Positions 11,409-21,859 of a stretch of 54,872 bases of DNA are shown piece by piece (the stretch's first letter is position 1; each line of letters starts with the position of its first letter). This stretch comes from Sphingomonadaceae bacterium (GTDB taxonomy: Bacteria > Pseudomonadota > Alphaproteobacteria > Sphingomonadales > Sphingomonadaceae). The stretch covers positions 1 through 54,872 of the forward strand of contig CANGQZ010000001.1 in the NCBI GenBank assembly GCA_947455865.1, given 5' to 3'. The position numbers and the translations under genes were made by a program. A model generated the notes under the pieces. The model saw nothing but the letters and a program-made list of their open reading frames with translations, did not search any database and was not told where the DNA came from.

Positions 11409-11560
11409 CGGGTTCCTCGGGCGGGAGTCGGCAGTCCGGGCCATGCCACGCCCGGGCCGCCGGCGGAACAACGGTCGTTGCGAACCATTTAGCTCCCGTC
11501 AGACGCGCGCCTCGTCGCTGCGGGCCGCGCGCCCTTCTGCTCCCGAAAGGAGACCACCTC

Positions 11561-12028
11561 ATGAACAAACTGATGCTGCTTCCGCTCGCCGCCGCCGCGC
11601 TCACCGCCGGCTGCGCCACGTATGGCGATGGCTACGGCAATCGCGGCTATGCCTCGGCAGACAACCCCTACGGCTACTACGATCGCGGTTCCTACGATCG
11701 ATACGGCAATTACGACTGGGACCGTCCGGACCCCAGCAATGGCGGCTATTACGCCGATAGCTATTACCGCAACGACAGCCGCTACCGCGAGCATCGCCTT
11801 TCGCAGGATGAACGGGTCTACCGCGGCCGGGATAACCGGTATTATTGCCGCCGTTCGGACGGAACCACCGGCCTGATTGTCGGCGGGATTTCCGGCGGCA
11901 TTCTCGGCAGCATCATCGCGCCGGGCGATTCGCGGCCGTTGGGTGCCGTGCTCGGGGCGATTGCCGGCGGCGCGGCCGGCGCGGCGATCGATTCGAACAG
12001 CAGCCGCGATAATGTGCGTTGCCGCTAG
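11561..12028 (+). CDS. Glycine-zipper 2TM lipoprotein
   Basis: Lipobox LTAGC, Tyr/Gly/Asp-rich region, YYCRRSDGTTGLIVGG glycine zipper. Confidence 0.85.
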   Translation: MNKLMLLPLAAAALTAGCATYGDGYGNRGYASADNPYGYYDRGSYDRYGNYDWDRPDPSNGGYYADSYYRNDSRYREHRLSQDERVYRGRDNRYYCRRSDGTTGLIVGGISGGILGSIIAPGDSRPLGAVLGAIAGGAAGAAIDSNSSRDNVRCR

Positions 12029-12052
12029 GTCGCAACTGCGTACCGGACGCGG

Positions 12053-13183
12053 CTATTCGCTGACCGAGGCGTAGCCGCGCCCGACCGGGCCCTGCGTGCG
12101 GGGGGTGTTGAACACAGCCCCCGCCGCCACCCGGCTGCCGCGGATAACGAGGACGAGCGTGTCGCCCGCCTCGATCTTCACGTCCTCGCCGGGGTGGACG
12201 AAACTTTGCGGCTCGCCGCCGCCGGTGGCAGCGCGGTCGATTTGGACGATGAAGAACCCGCTGCGCCCGCGCCGTTCGGCCTCGGCCACGGTTTCGCCGG
12301 CCAGCGCGGAGTTCTTGGGCACGACCACCGCCTCCAGTTCCAGCCCGAACTCATTCATGCCCCGCTTGAAATCGCGCAGCTGCGGACTTTCGCCGATGAA
12401 CTTCGCGGTCGAAGGATAGATTATCAGCTCGGCGATGCGCTCGGCTCCGATGTGCGTGGGCAGCACCACTTTGTCCGCGCCGGCGTGGATCAGCTTGCCC
12501 TCGGTGGTCGGCAGTTCGCCGCGCGCGATGATTTCCAGCCGCGGGTTGAGGTTGCGCGCCGAAAGCGTGATGAACACGTTGGTGGCGTCATCGGGCAGCA
12601 CGGTGGCCAGCACCCGGGCGCGGGATATTCCGGCCAGTTCGAGCGAAGCCTCGTCGGTGGCATCGGCCGTCAGCGTCAGAAATCTCAGGGCCTCGGCCTC
12701 CGCGATCTTGGCGGCGCTGCGCTCGACGATGATGAACTGTGCCCGGGCCGCGTGCAGCTCCTTGGCAAGCTGCACGCCGATCCGGCCAAAGCCGCAAATG
12801 ATGGTGTGGTCGGTTAGGCGTTCGATCTGGGTCTGCATACGGTCGATCCCGAGTAGGCTCTTGAGCTGATAATGGGCGAAAACCTGGATGAGTGCGCCGG
12901 TCAGGACGATCATCCCGGTGCAGCCGAGCACGATGGTCGCCATCGCCAGTGTGCGCAGCCAGAAGGTGTCGATCGGGCGGACCTCGCCGAAACCGACCGA
13001 GAAGATGGTCAGCGTAACCATGTAAGTCGCATCGCCGAGCGACCAGCCAGCGGCCACGAACCCGGCAGTCGCGAGCACGAACACGATTGCCATGAAGACA
13101 AGCGTCCGCCGCAGCATCTGCAGCGGCGAACCGAGCACGCTGTTTGCGGCCTGTTCGATCGTGCGTTCGGTAATTGGCGCCAT
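12053..13183 (-). CDS. Potassium channel protein with TrkA-N/TrkA-C (RCK) domains
   Basis: Two TM helices with SVGFG filter, ICGFGRIG Rossmann motif. Confidence 0.88.
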   Translation of the reverse strand: MAPITERTIEQAANSVLGSPLQMLRRTLVFMAIVFVLATAGFVAAGWSLGDATYMVTLTIFSVGFGEVRPIDTFWLRTLAMATIVLGCTGMIVLTGALIQVFAHYQLKSLLGIDRMQTQIERLTDHTIICGFGRIGVQLAKELHAARAQFIIVERSAAKIAEAEALRFLTLTADATDEASLELAGISRARVLATVLPDDATNVFITLSARNLNPRLEIIARGELPTTEGKLIHAGADKVVLPTHIGAERIAELIIYPSTAKFIGESPQLRDFKRGMNEFGLELEAVVVPKNSALAGETVAEAERRGRSGFFIVQIDRAATGGGEPQSFVHPGEDVKIEAGDTLVLVIRGSRVAAGAVFNTPRTQGPVGRGYASVSE

Positions 13184-13322
13184 TGCTGCCCCCTGCGCGC
13201 CAGACTGACCTGCCGACCCCGGCTTGTCCAGCGGCCACGGCAGCCTCGCCCGATTGCAGTTGCCATTGGCTCAACCATTACGGTAAGCCATTAGGCAAAG
13301 CAAAACGGAGAGGAGCGGAGCG

Positions 13323-14249
13323 ATGCCCGAGATCACCCAAGAATTCAGCGGGTTCCCTGTCGAACACGCCCACCGCCACCAGCTCGCGCCGGAAGGTCGC
13401 GAATCGCTGGCGCACATCTTCCTGCTGCCCGAACTCAACATCGCCGGCTTCTTCTATCCGACCGTGCTCGGCACCGGCATCGGCAAGTCGACCGCCTGCT
13501 TCTTCGGTCCGGACTTTCCCGAGCAGATTGTCGAAGTCGTCGAAGGACCGATGCCCGCCGACATGAACTTCGACGATTGGCGGCAGGGTCCGCTGCGGAT
13601 GCAGGTGATGCAGCCTTACCAGCAAGTGAAGCTTGCCTGGGTCGGGGAGCGGATCAAGATCGACGCGACCTTCACCGCCACGCACCCGCCCTATCCGTTC
13701 AGCACCCATCCCAAAGGTAACCCGCCCTATTTCGGCGATAATCGCACCGAGCAGCACGGCCGGGTAACTGCCGACATCGAACTCGATGGACGCAAGATCC
13801 ACCACGAAGGTCTGATGGTGCGCGATCACAGCTGGGGGCCGCGGGTATGGGGCCTCAACCAGCACTACAAGTGGGTCCACGCCACCACAGGCGAAAGCTC
13901 GATGCACTTCTTCGAGATGCAGGCGTTCGGCCGCACCGAACTGCGCGGGTTCCTGTTCAAGAACGGCGCCATGCGCCACATTGAACGGGTCGATTACGAT
14001 TTCACCTATGGCCCAGACATGCTGCAGGACACGTTCCGGGTGACGGTCACCGACACCGAAGGGCGAAAGTCCTTTATCGAATACAAGATGTTCGGTGTTC
14101 TGCGCTCGTCACACGATCCCAAGACCTGCATCAACACCGGCTGCGCCACGCTCGATTTCGACGGGGTTCCCGGGGTCGGGGTCTGCGAGTTCGCGTGGAA
14201 CAAGGACTATTTCGAGTTTGCCCGCGATTACGCCGAACGGTTCGGCTGA
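13323..14249 (+). CDS. Hypothetical protein, probable AttH/tocopherol-cyclase-like beta-barrel fold
   Basis: Good RBS and codon usage; EQHGRV..G..VRDHSWGPR motif. Confidence 0.55.
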   Translation: MPEITQEFSGFPVEHAHRHQLAPEGRESLAHIFLLPELNIAGFFYPTVLGTGIGKSTACFFGPDFPEQIVEVVEGPMPADMNFDDWRQGPLRMQVMQPYQQVKLAWVGERIKIDATFTATHPPYPFSTHPKGNPPYFGDNRTEQHGRVTADIELDGRKIHHEGLMVRDHSWGPRVWGLNQHYKWVHATTGESSMHFFEMQAFGRTELRGFLFKNGAMRHIERVDYDFTYGPDMLQDTFRVTVTDTEGRKSFIEYKMFGVLRSSHDPKTCINTGCATLDFDGVPGVGVCEFAWNKDYFEFARDYAERFG

Positions 14250-14430
14250 AGCGCCGCGAATCGGCAGCACAGCCGTCGCAATTTGAACTGCGGCAGGCAT
14301 TGGCCCAGACCGTTCGGGAAGTGCCAGCGGCGGCTTTGGAGGTCCGTCAGGCAAATTATTTTGCCCGCCGCCGCCCCGGCGCAACCCGCAGCAATCCTAA
14401 CGCAAACGAATGCAGCGCGACATTTGTTGC

Positions 14431-14467
14431 AACAATCGATTGCAGAAATTCGTTGCAATCGATTTTA
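14431..14467. promoter_or_regulatory. Two LacI-type operators upstream of the TonB receptor
   Basis: AACAATCGATTGCA (14431-14444) and TGCAATCGATTTTA (14454-14467); CG-centred palindrome. Confidence 0.8.
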
Positions 14468-14525
14468 GTAGCGCTAGAGCCAGCCTCGGAATGCCCCTAA
14501 GGGGCGACCACATGGGAGGTTCCTG

Positions 14526-16985
14526 ATGAGCAAGTTTGCTGTGAAATCGTGCGGTTCGGTGCTGGCTCTGGCGCTTGGCCTGACCGCCGTGCCCGCCTTT
14601 GCGCAGTCCGCCGCGCCGGCCGATACGCCTGCCGCCGATGCCGCCGATGTTGCGACCAATGACGAGATCGTGGTCACCGGCGTTTCGCGCGCCGTCAACC
14701 GGCTCGACACCAGCATCTCGGTCAGCTCGTTGAACTCCGACGCGATCTCGGCCGCCGCGCCGCGCTCCGCCGCCGAGCTTTTCCGCAGCCTGCCGGGCAT
14801 CCGCTCGGAATCGTCCGGCGGGGAGGGCAATGCCAATATTCAGGTGCGCGGCATTCCGATCTCGACCGGCGGTGCCAAGTTCCTCCAGATCCACGAAGAT
14901 GGCCTGCCGGTCCTTGAATTCGGCGACATCTCGTTCGGCAACGCTGATATCTTCACCCGGATCGATTTCAGCACGGCCCGCGTCGAAGCGGTGCGCGGCG
15001 GCTCGGCCTCGACTTTCGCGTCGAACTCGCCGGGCGGCATCATCAACATCATCTCCAAGACGGGTGACAAGGAAGGCGGCGCGGTGCAGGGCACCGTCGG
15101 GCTCGACTATGGTGAATACCGGATCGATGCCGATTACGGCGCGAAGTTGTCGGACAGCCTCTCGTTCCATGTCGGCGGGTTCTACCGGGTGGGCGAAGGC
15201 CCGCGCCGCGCCGGTTATGACGGCAATAAGGGCGGCCAGATCCGCGGCAACATCACCAAGACCTTCGACGGCGGCTTCTTCCGCCTGAACTTCAAGTACC
15301 TCGACGACCGCGCGATCGGCTATTTGCCGAGTCCGGTGCGTGTCACTGGCGGCAATTCCAACCCCGACTATCAGGCGCTGCCGGGCCTCAGCCCCAGTAC
15401 CGATACTATTCACAGCATCTACTTTACCCGCGCAGTGACGCTGGACGGCAACAACAACCGGGAGGTCGATGACGTTCGCGACGGCATGCACCCGGTGGTG
15501 AAAGCGGTCGGCTTCGAGGCGCAGGACGAGTTTGCGCAAGGTTGGACGGTCAACAACAAGTTTCGTTACGCCAAAATCTCGGGCCGGTTCATCTCTCCGT
15601 TCCCGGCGACGGTCGATACCGCCGCGAACCTTGCCGAAACAATCGGCGGCGAGGGCGCGACCGCGGTCTATGCCAACGGCCCGAACGCGGGGCAGGCGGT
15701 TGCCGGCAACGCCTATGCAATGGGCGTGGTGCTGTTCAACACCAAGCTCAACAGCCTCGACAACGTCACCAATGATCTGCGCATCAGCCACGCCGCTGAC
15801 CTCGGCGGGGGCAAACTTGACCTTACCGTGGGCTTCTACAAGTCGCGCCAGACGATCGATATCGACTGGACCTGGTCCTCGTACCTGCTCGAAGCCAAGG
15901 GCGATAATGCCGCACTGATCGACGTGCGCGATTCCGAGGGGACTCTGCAGACTGATAGCGGTCTGGTGGCATATGGCGCCTCGTTCTTCGGGAACTGCTG
16001 CCGCCGCACTTACAAGCTCGATTACGATACAAACGCGCCCTATGCCCAGCTCAGCTGGAACAGCGGCAAGCTGACGCTCGATGGCAGCGTTCGCTACGAT
16101 GCCGGTCAGGTGCGCGGCTATATCGCCGGCGACGGGCCGCTGGGCACCTTCGATGTCGATGGCAACGGTTCGATCTCGGTGCCGGAAACCCAGGTTACGA
16201 CGATGCCGCTCAATGCGCAGCGTCCGGTCAACTACAACTATCACTACTGGTCGTACTCGGCCGGCCTGAACTACCGGCTCAGCGATGCGCTGGCGGTGTT
16301 CGCCCGTTACAGCCGCGGCGGCCGGGCCAATGCCGATCGCTTCCTTTTCAGCCCCAACACCAACCCCACCACCGGTGCGCTCAGCGCAGGGGCCCGGCCG
16401 ATCGACTTTGTTCGTCAGGCCGAGATCGGGGCGAAGTACCAGAGCGGCGGGTTGGCGCTTTATGCGACTGGCTTCTGGGCGCGCACTGAAGAGCAGAACT
16501 ACGAGGCGACCACCCAGCGCTCGACCCAGAACACCTACCGTGCCTATGGCCTTGAGCTTGAGGGCAATTACCGGATCGGTGGGTTCAGCCTGGCCGCCAG
16601 CGGCACTCTGACCAAGGCGAAGATTCTTGCCTCGCTCGATCCGACCGTCGTCGGCAATCGTCCGCGCCGCCAGGCCGAACTGACCTACAAGATCACGCCG
16701 AGCTATTCGACCGACCTGTTCACCGTCGGCGCCAGCGTTATTGGGACGACTTCAAGTTACACGCAGGACAGCAACCAGCTCAAGCTGCCGGCCTTCACCA
16801 CGGTGGGCGCCTTCCTCAGTGTCCGCCCGATGGATCGCCTGCAGGTTTCGGTCAACGCCAACAACCTGTTCAACGTGGAAGGCTATACCGAAGCCGAAGA
16901 AGGCGCGATCCCCGCCAACGGTATTGTCCGGGCGCGCTCGATCAACGGCCGCACGGTTTCGCTAAGCGCCAAGTTCGAACTCTGA
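14526..16985 (+). CDS. TonB-dependent receptor, probably for sucrose/sugars (SuxA-like)
   Basis: Signal peptide (AFAQ), EIVVTG TonB box, RVEAVRGGSAS plug motif, C-terminal aromatic strand; shares operator with the MFS/GH68 and ROK/LacI units. Confidence 0.88.
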   Translation: MSKFAVKSCGSVLALALGLTAVPAFAQSAAPADTPAADAADVATNDEIVVTGVSRAVNRLDTSISVSSLNSDAISAAAPRSAAELFRSLPGIRSESSGGEGNANIQVRGIPISTGGAKFLQIHEDGLPVLEFGDISFGNADIFTRIDFSTARVEAVRGGSASTFASNSPGGIINIISKTGDKEGGAVQGTVGLDYGEYRIDADYGAKLSDSLSFHVGGFYRVGEGPRRAGYDGNKGGQIRGNITKTFDGGFFRLNFKYLDDRAIGYLPSPVRVTGGNSNPDYQALPGLSPSTDTIHSIYFTRAVTLDGNNNREVDDVRDGMHPVVKAVGFEAQDEFAQGWTVNNKFRYAKISGRFISPFPATVDTAANLAETIGGEGATAVYANGPNAGQAVAGNAYAMGVVLFNTKLNSLDNVTNDLRISHAADLGGGKLDLTVGFYKSRQTIDIDWTWSSYLLEAKGDNAALIDVRDSEGTLQTDSGLVAYGASFFGNCCRRTYKLDYDTNAPYAQLSWNSGKLTLDGSVRYDAGQVRGYIAGDGPLGTFDVDGNGSISVPETQVTTMPLNAQRPVNYNYHYWSYSAGLNYRLSDALAVFARYSRGGRANADRFLFSPNTNPTTGALSAGARPIDFVRQAEIGAKYQSGGLALYATGFWARTEEQNYEATTQRSTQNTYRAYGLELEGNYRIGGFSLAASGTLTKAKILASLDPTVVGNRPRRQAELTYKITPSYSTDLFTVGASVIGTTSSYTQDSNQLKLPAFTTVGAFLSVRPMDRLQVSVNANNLFNVEGYTEAEEGAIPANGIVRARSINGRTVSLSAKFEL

Positions 16986-17036
16986 TCCACGCGGGTTGCG
17001 GCCTTCCCCCGGTCGCACCCCAGTTCCCCCCCTCCG

Positions 17037-17073
17037 GCGGAAGGCGCGTTCCCGAGCTTTCCGCAGATTTTTT
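17037..17073 (+). terminator. Rho-independent terminator after the TonB receptor
   Basis: Stem GCGGAAGGC/GCTTTCCGC followed by a T6 tract; another hairpin precedes it at 16993-17020. Confidence 0.65.
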
Positions 17074-17135
17074 GTGCGCGCGGTTGGCTTGAAAAGCGGC
17101 GGCCGGTTAGCCTTGCGCGGAAGGAGCAACGCGCG

Positions 17136-17423
17136 ATGGCTGCATACTTGATCGTCTATGCCCGGGTCAGCGATCCGGCTCCATTTGCCGACTATGTGAC
17201 GGCGGTGCAGCCGGTGATTGCGGCGCACGGTGGCCGGCTGGTTGCCCGTGCCGCACCGCCGGTGGTGCTCGAAGGGGAATGGCCGTTTGCCACGGTCGGC
17301 CTGCTCGAATTTCCCTCAGCCGAAGCGGCGCAGGGCTTTTGGGATTCGCCTGAATATGGCGAAGTAAAAAAGCTGCGGGCCGGTGCAGCGGACTTTCAGG
17401 TGGTCATCGCGCCGGGAATCTAG
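17136..17423 (+). CDS. DUF1330 family protein
   Basis: AHGGRLV..LEGEW..LEFPSAEAAQGFWDSPEY..KKLR. Confidence 0.85.
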   Translation: MAAYLIVYARVSDPAPFADYVTAVQPVIAAHGGRLVARAAPPVVLEGEWPFATVGLLEFPSAEAAQGFWDSPEYGEVKKLRAGAADFQVVIAPGI

Positions 17424-18151
17424 GCCCGGTGCGCGCGCGCTGCGGCCAGCATCCGTTCCCCGAAGGTGTTGGACCATTGCTCGTCGCTCAGTTGGGCCCG
17501 TGCCTGCATGTATTCGGGCGGGACCCCGGTTTCCTTGCTTGCCAACGCTGCTGCCACGGCAGGCCTCGCAGCAACTTCGGCGTGCCACCGCGCGATCGCC
17601 GGGAATTCGGCGATGTCGATCCCTATTAGCGCCGCCCCGCCAACCCACGGCCATGCGGCCATGTCGGCAATCGAATAGTCCTCACCCGCCAGATAGCGCG
17701 CCTCCCCTAGCCGGAAATCGAGCACGTCGAGCAGGCGGCGGGCCTCGTTGCGATAGCGGACCGTAGGATAGTCCTGCCCGGCGGGGGCATACCGCAGGAA
17801 GTGGTGCGCTTGTCCGTGCATCGGGCCAAGGCCGGCCATCTGCCAAAACAGCCACATCTGCGCCGCAGCCTTGGCCCGCGGTTCGGCGGGCAGGAAACGC
17901 CCGGTCTTTTCGGCTAGGTAAAGCAGGATCGCCCCGCTCTCGAATACCGACAGTGGTGCATTGCTATCCATTGGGGCCAGATCGACAATCGCCGGCAGCT
18001 TGTGGTTGGGATTGATGGCGCGAAACTCGGGAGTCAGGTGATCGCCGCCGAACAGGTCGTAATTGATCACCCGGTACTCAAGCCCGCATTCAAGCAGCAT
18101 GATCGCCACCTTGAGTCCATTGGCGGTGGCCACGTAGTGCAATTCGATCAT
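17420..18151 (-). CDS. Glutathione S-transferase (YfcG/YghU, Nu-class-like)
   Basis: TANGLKV, INPNHKLPAIVD, FESGAILLYLAEKTG, WQMAGLGPMHGQ, YSIADMA. Confidence 0.9.
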   Translation of the reverse strand: MIELHYVATANGLKVAIMLLECGLEYRVINYDLFGGDHLTPEFRAINPNHKLPAIVDLAPMDSNAPLSVFESGAILLYLAEKTGRFLPAEPRAKAAAQMWLFWQMAGLGPMHGQAHHFLRYAPAGQDYPTVRYRNEARRLLDVLDFRLGEARYLAGEDYSIADMAAWPWVGGAALIGIDIAEFPAIARWHAEVAARPAVAAALASKETGVPPEYMQARAQLSDEQWSNTFGERMLAAARAHRA

Positions 18152-18341
18152 TGTCTGGTACCTCTATCCCGGCTGCCAATATCGCGCGCAACCGAGATGG
18201 TCTGGACCATCGATTGATTATGCTGCGTATATCCAAATGTTATACAGACTGATCCCGTCAATGGCTCGCAGGGTAGCGGCAGGGCGGCTATGCTCGCCGG
18301 CAAATGGCGAAGATAGTCGTCACGATCGATGGGAGAATCTG

Positions 18342-18761
18342 ATGCATACCGTAACGATCGCGCCGGAGGCGGTCGCGCGACTGGCGCAAGCGCTGCCCCC
18401 CGGCAAGCAAGTGACAATGCTGAACCTGCTGCGGTTTCGCGAGACCGCGTTGTATGAGGACGGCAGCACCTTGCCGCCATGCACCGGCCGTCAAGCCTAC
18501 TATGAGCGCTATGCCCCAGTCGCCACGCCAATGGTGTTCGCGCGCGGCGGCACGATCCTGTTTGCCGGACAGGCTGCCAGTCACGTCGTTTGCCCGGGAG
18601 ACGAGGTGTGGGACGACTGCCTGATCGTCCAGTATCCGGATGTTTCGCTGATTGCGACGATGTTTCACGTGCCAGAGTATCAGGCGGTGGTGCATCACCG
18701 CACGGCCGCGCTGATCGATTCGCGGCTGATTGCATTGGGTGAGGGAGTTGTAGGGCTATGA
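18342..18761 (+). CDS. DUF1330-like dimeric alpha/beta barrel protein
   Basis: MLNLLRFRETA, TGRQAYYERY, WDDCLIVQYP, HRTAALIDSRL; RBS GGGAG. Confidence 0.75.
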   Translation: MHTVTIAPEAVARLAQALPPGKQVTMLNLLRFRETALYEDGSTLPPCTGRQAYYERYAPVATPMVFARGGTILFAGQAASHVVCPGDEVWDDCLIVQYPDVSLIATMFHVPEYQAVVHHRTAALIDSRLIALGEGVVGL

Positions 18762-19729
18762 TCTGGCGTGCTCAGAGCCGTAAGGAATTCATGGGGGCCG
18801 CCGGGCCGATCTCGGCAGTGGTGGAAGGCAACGGACCGCTTGTCATCCTGATGCACGGCTGGCCCGAGCTCGGCTTTTCGTACCGCCATCAAATCGATCC
18901 GCTGGCGGCGGCAGGCTATACCGTGGCAGCACCCGACATGCGCGGTTATGGTTCCAGCGCCAAGCCTGAGGACCCAGCGCTCTATTCGATCGATGCCCAT
19001 GCCGACGACATGGCGGCGATCGCGCGCGGGCTCGGGCGTGAACGGTGGGTCTCGGTCGGGCACGATTGGGGCTCGCCGGTGGCATGGCGCTGCGCCCTGC
19101 GCTTTCCCGAACAGGTGGCAGCCGCGTTCTCGTTCAGCGTGCCGCACCGGCAGGCGGCATCGATCACGGCCAATGAGTGGTTTGACCACGCCTATCCCAA
19201 CCGCTTCTATTACATGCGCTATTTCCAGCAGGTGGGCCCGGGTGAGGCAGAGCTGGAGGCCGATCACCGCGATGCACTGAAGCGGGTCTACTTCTCGCTC
19301 TCGGGCGATGCGCCGAAGGATGACTGGACTTGCCACCGGCCGATCGACGATCCGCTGCTGAAGGGCCTTACCCCGCCGCCGGCCGGTCCGCTGAGCTTCA
19401 TGACCGACGCCGAACTGGACGTCTACACTGCCGCTTTTGTCGCCGGTGGCTTCCACGGACCGATCAACTGGTATCGCAACTGGGACGCCAACGAGGCGCA
19501 GGCGCGCGCTTATGGCGATCAGCGGGTACGCCAGCCGGCCGGGTTCTTCGCCGGCGACAAGGAAATCGTGCTGACGATGTTCCCCGGCTGTGTCGAGGAT
19601 CAGCGCGGGCTGTGCGACGACCTTCGGTTGGAGCGGATCGTTCCCGGCGCGGGCCACTGGATACAGCAGGAACGGCCGGCGGAGGCGACTGCGGCGCTGC
19701 TTGAATTCCTGGGGTCGGTCAGCCTTTAG
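18758..19729 (+). CDS. Epoxide hydrolase-like alpha/beta hydrolase
   Basis: HGWPE, DMRGYG, GHDWG (Asp nucleophile), INWYRN, GHWIQQE. Confidence 0.88.
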   Translation: MIWRAQSRKEFMGAAGPISAVVEGNGPLVILMHGWPELGFSYRHQIDPLAAAGYTVAAPDMRGYGSSAKPEDPALYSIDAHADDMAAIARGLGRERWVSVGHDWGSPVAWRCALRFPEQVAAAFSFSVPHRQAASITANEWFDHAYPNRFYYMRYFQQVGPGEAELEADHRDALKRVYFSLSGDAPKDDWTCHRPIDDPLLKGLTPPPAGPLSFMTDAELDVYTAAFVAGGFHGPINWYRNWDANEAQARAYGDQRVRQPAGFFAGDKEIVLTMFPGCVEDQRGLCDDLRLERIVPGAGHWIQQERPAEATAALLEFLGSVSL

Positions 19730-19744
19730 AGTGGGCCACCGCGC

Positions 19745-20869
19745 TCAGGCTGGGACCAGCCGTTCCGCATAGTGTTCGGCCACCGCCCGGTCGAGCGCGG
19801 CGAGGAACTGATCGGTCGCCTTTTCCCAGGTGAAGCGCGCACCATAGACCGCGGCGGCCATCCGATCGACCAGCAGCGCCTTGCTGATCGCCGTTGCGAG
19901 ATCATCGTCGAGTGCGGCGAAGGTCGCCGGCATCCGCTCGAACCCGCCGCGTCCGTCGCGCCCGAGGATGTCGAGCGGGCCGTGGACCGGATAGGCCGCC
20001 ACTGGCAAGCCGCAGGCGAGCGCCTCGATCAGCACCAGCCCGAAGGTATCGGTACGGCTTGGAAACACGAACAAATCGGCCGCACGATAGGCGCTGGCGA
20101 GTTCCTCGCCGGCCAGCGCGCCAAGAAACACCGCCTTGGGGAAACGGGCCTTCAGTGACTCCAGCGCTGGGCCGTCGCCAACGACCACTTTGGTGCCCGG
20201 CACGTCGGCAGACAGGAATGCCTCAAGGTTCTTTTCAGGCGCCACCCGGCCAACGTTGAGCAGGATCGGCCGCGGCAAGTCCGCCATCGCGGCCAGCCGT
20301 TCGCCATCAGGGCGAAAGACCCAGCCGTCGATCCCCCGACCCCACGGCATCGTTTGGGTAATCCCGCGCCCGTTCAGCTCGAAGGCGAGGCTGGGGGTGG
20401 AGACCAACACCGCGCGGCTCGGCCCATGGAAGCGGCGCATCAGCGGCCAGAAATACTCGGCATCGAAGCCGGTCCGGACCGCGAGGTAATCGGGGAAGCG
20501 CGTGTGGAAGGCGCTGGTAAACGGCACGCCGCGCGCCTTGCACCAGCCGCGCGCGGACCAGCCGATCGGGCCTTCGGTGGCGATGTGGACAATATCGGGC
20601 TCGAACGCATCGAGCAGCCGCCGCGCGGTGAAGCGGGGCGCCAGCGCGAGGCGGATCTGGCTGTAGCCGGGCATCGGCAGCGTGGTGAAGCGCTGCGGGG
20701 TGATCAGTTCGACTTCGTAGCCGCGCCGGTCAAGCTCGGCGACGGTCGCGGCCAGCGTTCGCACCACGCCGTTGACCTGCGGAAACCAGGCATCGGTGGC
20801 CAGCGCCACCTTGAGCCGCGGAGTGGCATTGCGGGTGTCGATCTTGGTCAGTTCGGTCACAGCTTGCAT
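19745..20869 (-). CDS. GT4 glycosyltransferase, Agt-like (glycolipid synthase)
   Basis: ATDAWFPQVNGVVRT, HIATEGPIG, FHTRFP, VGRVAPEKN, SRTDTFGLVLIEALACG. Confidence 0.82.
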   Translation of the reverse strand: MQAVTELTKIDTRNATPRLKVALATDAWFPQVNGVVRTLAATVAELDRRGYEVELITPQRFTTLPMPGYSQIRLALAPRFTARRLLDAFEPDIVHIATEGPIGWSARGWCKARGVPFTSAFHTRFPDYLAVRTGFDAEYFWPLMRRFHGPSRAVLVSTPSLAFELNGRGITQTMPWGRGIDGWVFRPDGERLAAMADLPRPILLNVGRVAPEKNLEAFLSADVPGTKVVVGDGPALESLKARFPKAVFLGALAGEELASAYRAADLFVFPSRTDTFGLVLIEALACGLPVAAYPVHGPLDILGRDGRGGFERMPATFAALDDDLATAISKALLVDRMAAAVYGARFTWEKATDQFLAALDRAVAEHYAERLVPA

Positions 20870-20909
20870 CCTTGTGCCGGGCCGGGCGCCGCCTAACGGG
20901 CGTTGCCAA

Positions 20910-21815
20910 TCAGGCGAGGGCGCTTTCAAGCGCGGCGAGGCTGGTATTGGCGGCGCGGGTTTCAGCGGCCCAGTCGACGATGTGCATCGCGCCGTCGGCT
21001 TCTTCGACAAGAGCGCTGCAGCTTTCGACCCAGTCCCCATCGTTATAATAAGTAACCGGCCCGATCTGGCGGATCTCGGCGCAGTGGATATGGCCGCAGA
21101 CAATCCCGTCAGCCCCGCGCGAAACAGCCTCTTGCGCCACAGCTTCCTCGAAGTTGCAGACGAACTGCACCGCGTTCTTGACGCGCTTCTTGAGGTAGTT
21201 CGACAGCGACCAGTATGGCATGTGGAACTTGCGGCGGATGCGATTGAGCACGATGTTCAGCCGCAGCATCAGCGAATAGGCCTTGTCACCCAGGAACGCG
21301 AGCCACTTGGCGTAAAGCACAACGCCATCGAAGGCGTCGCCATGCATGACGAGCAGCTTGCGCCCGTCTGCTGTGACGTGTTCGGCTTCAAGCACCAGTT
21401 CGACCCCGCCGAAGGTTAGCCCGGCATAGTCACGCAGCACTTCGTCGTGATTGCCCGCTACGAACACTACCCTGGTGCCGCGGTGCGCCATCTTGAGGAT
21501 CCGGCGGACCACTTCGTTATGGGCGTCGGGCCAGTACCAGCCCTTCTTGAGCCGCCAGCCGTCAACAATGTCGCCGACGAGGTACAGCGTCTCGCACTCG
21601 ATCGAGCGAAGGAAATCGACCAGCATCCCGGCGTTGCAGCCGGGGGTGCCAAGGTGAATGTCGGAAATCCACACGGTGCGATACTTGCGCTTGGGCCGGA
21701 ACCCGCGCGGTTCGGGCAGATCGAGCCATTCGGGATAGCTCGGCTTGCCGCCATCGGTACCGTTCTTGCCGTTTTCGACGAAGCCTTCCATCAGGCCTTG
21801 TGCGTCGAACATCAT
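20910..21815 (-). CDS. Metallophosphoesterase, PlcP-like phospholipase C (usually annotated UDP-2,3-diacylglucosamine diphosphatase)
   Basis: ISDIHLG, LVGDIVDGW, GNHDE, HGD, CGHIH, NDGDWVESC; directly upstream of the GT4. Confidence 0.8.
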   Translation of the reverse strand: MMFDAQGLMEGFVENGKNGTDGGKPSYPEWLDLPEPRGFRPKRKYRTVWISDIHLGTPGCNAGMLVDFLRSIECETLYLVGDIVDGWRLKKGWYWPDAHNEVVRRILKMAHRGTRVVFVAGNHDEVLRDYAGLTFGGVELVLEAEHVTADGRKLLVMHGDAFDGVVLYAKWLAFLGDKAYSLMLRLNIVLNRIRRKFHMPYWSLSNYLKKRVKNAVQFVCNFEEAVAQEAVSRGADGIVCGHIHCAEIRQIGPVTYYNDGDWVESCSALVEEADGAMHIVDWAAETRAANTSLAALESALA

Positions 21816-21859
21816 AAGCAAATTCCTGCAATGTTGCAGTGCGGCATTACCGAAACGAA

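Noticed and set aside
18758-19729. Asp-nucleophile hydrolase as LinB
   Set aside because: HGWP, the cap tyrosines and GHWIQQE fit epoxide hydrolases; it lies about 20 kb from the island.
20910-21815. lpxH (lipid A biosynthesis)
   Set aside because: The GT4 neighbour and Pho-like boxes fit PlcP better, and no lpx genes are nearby.
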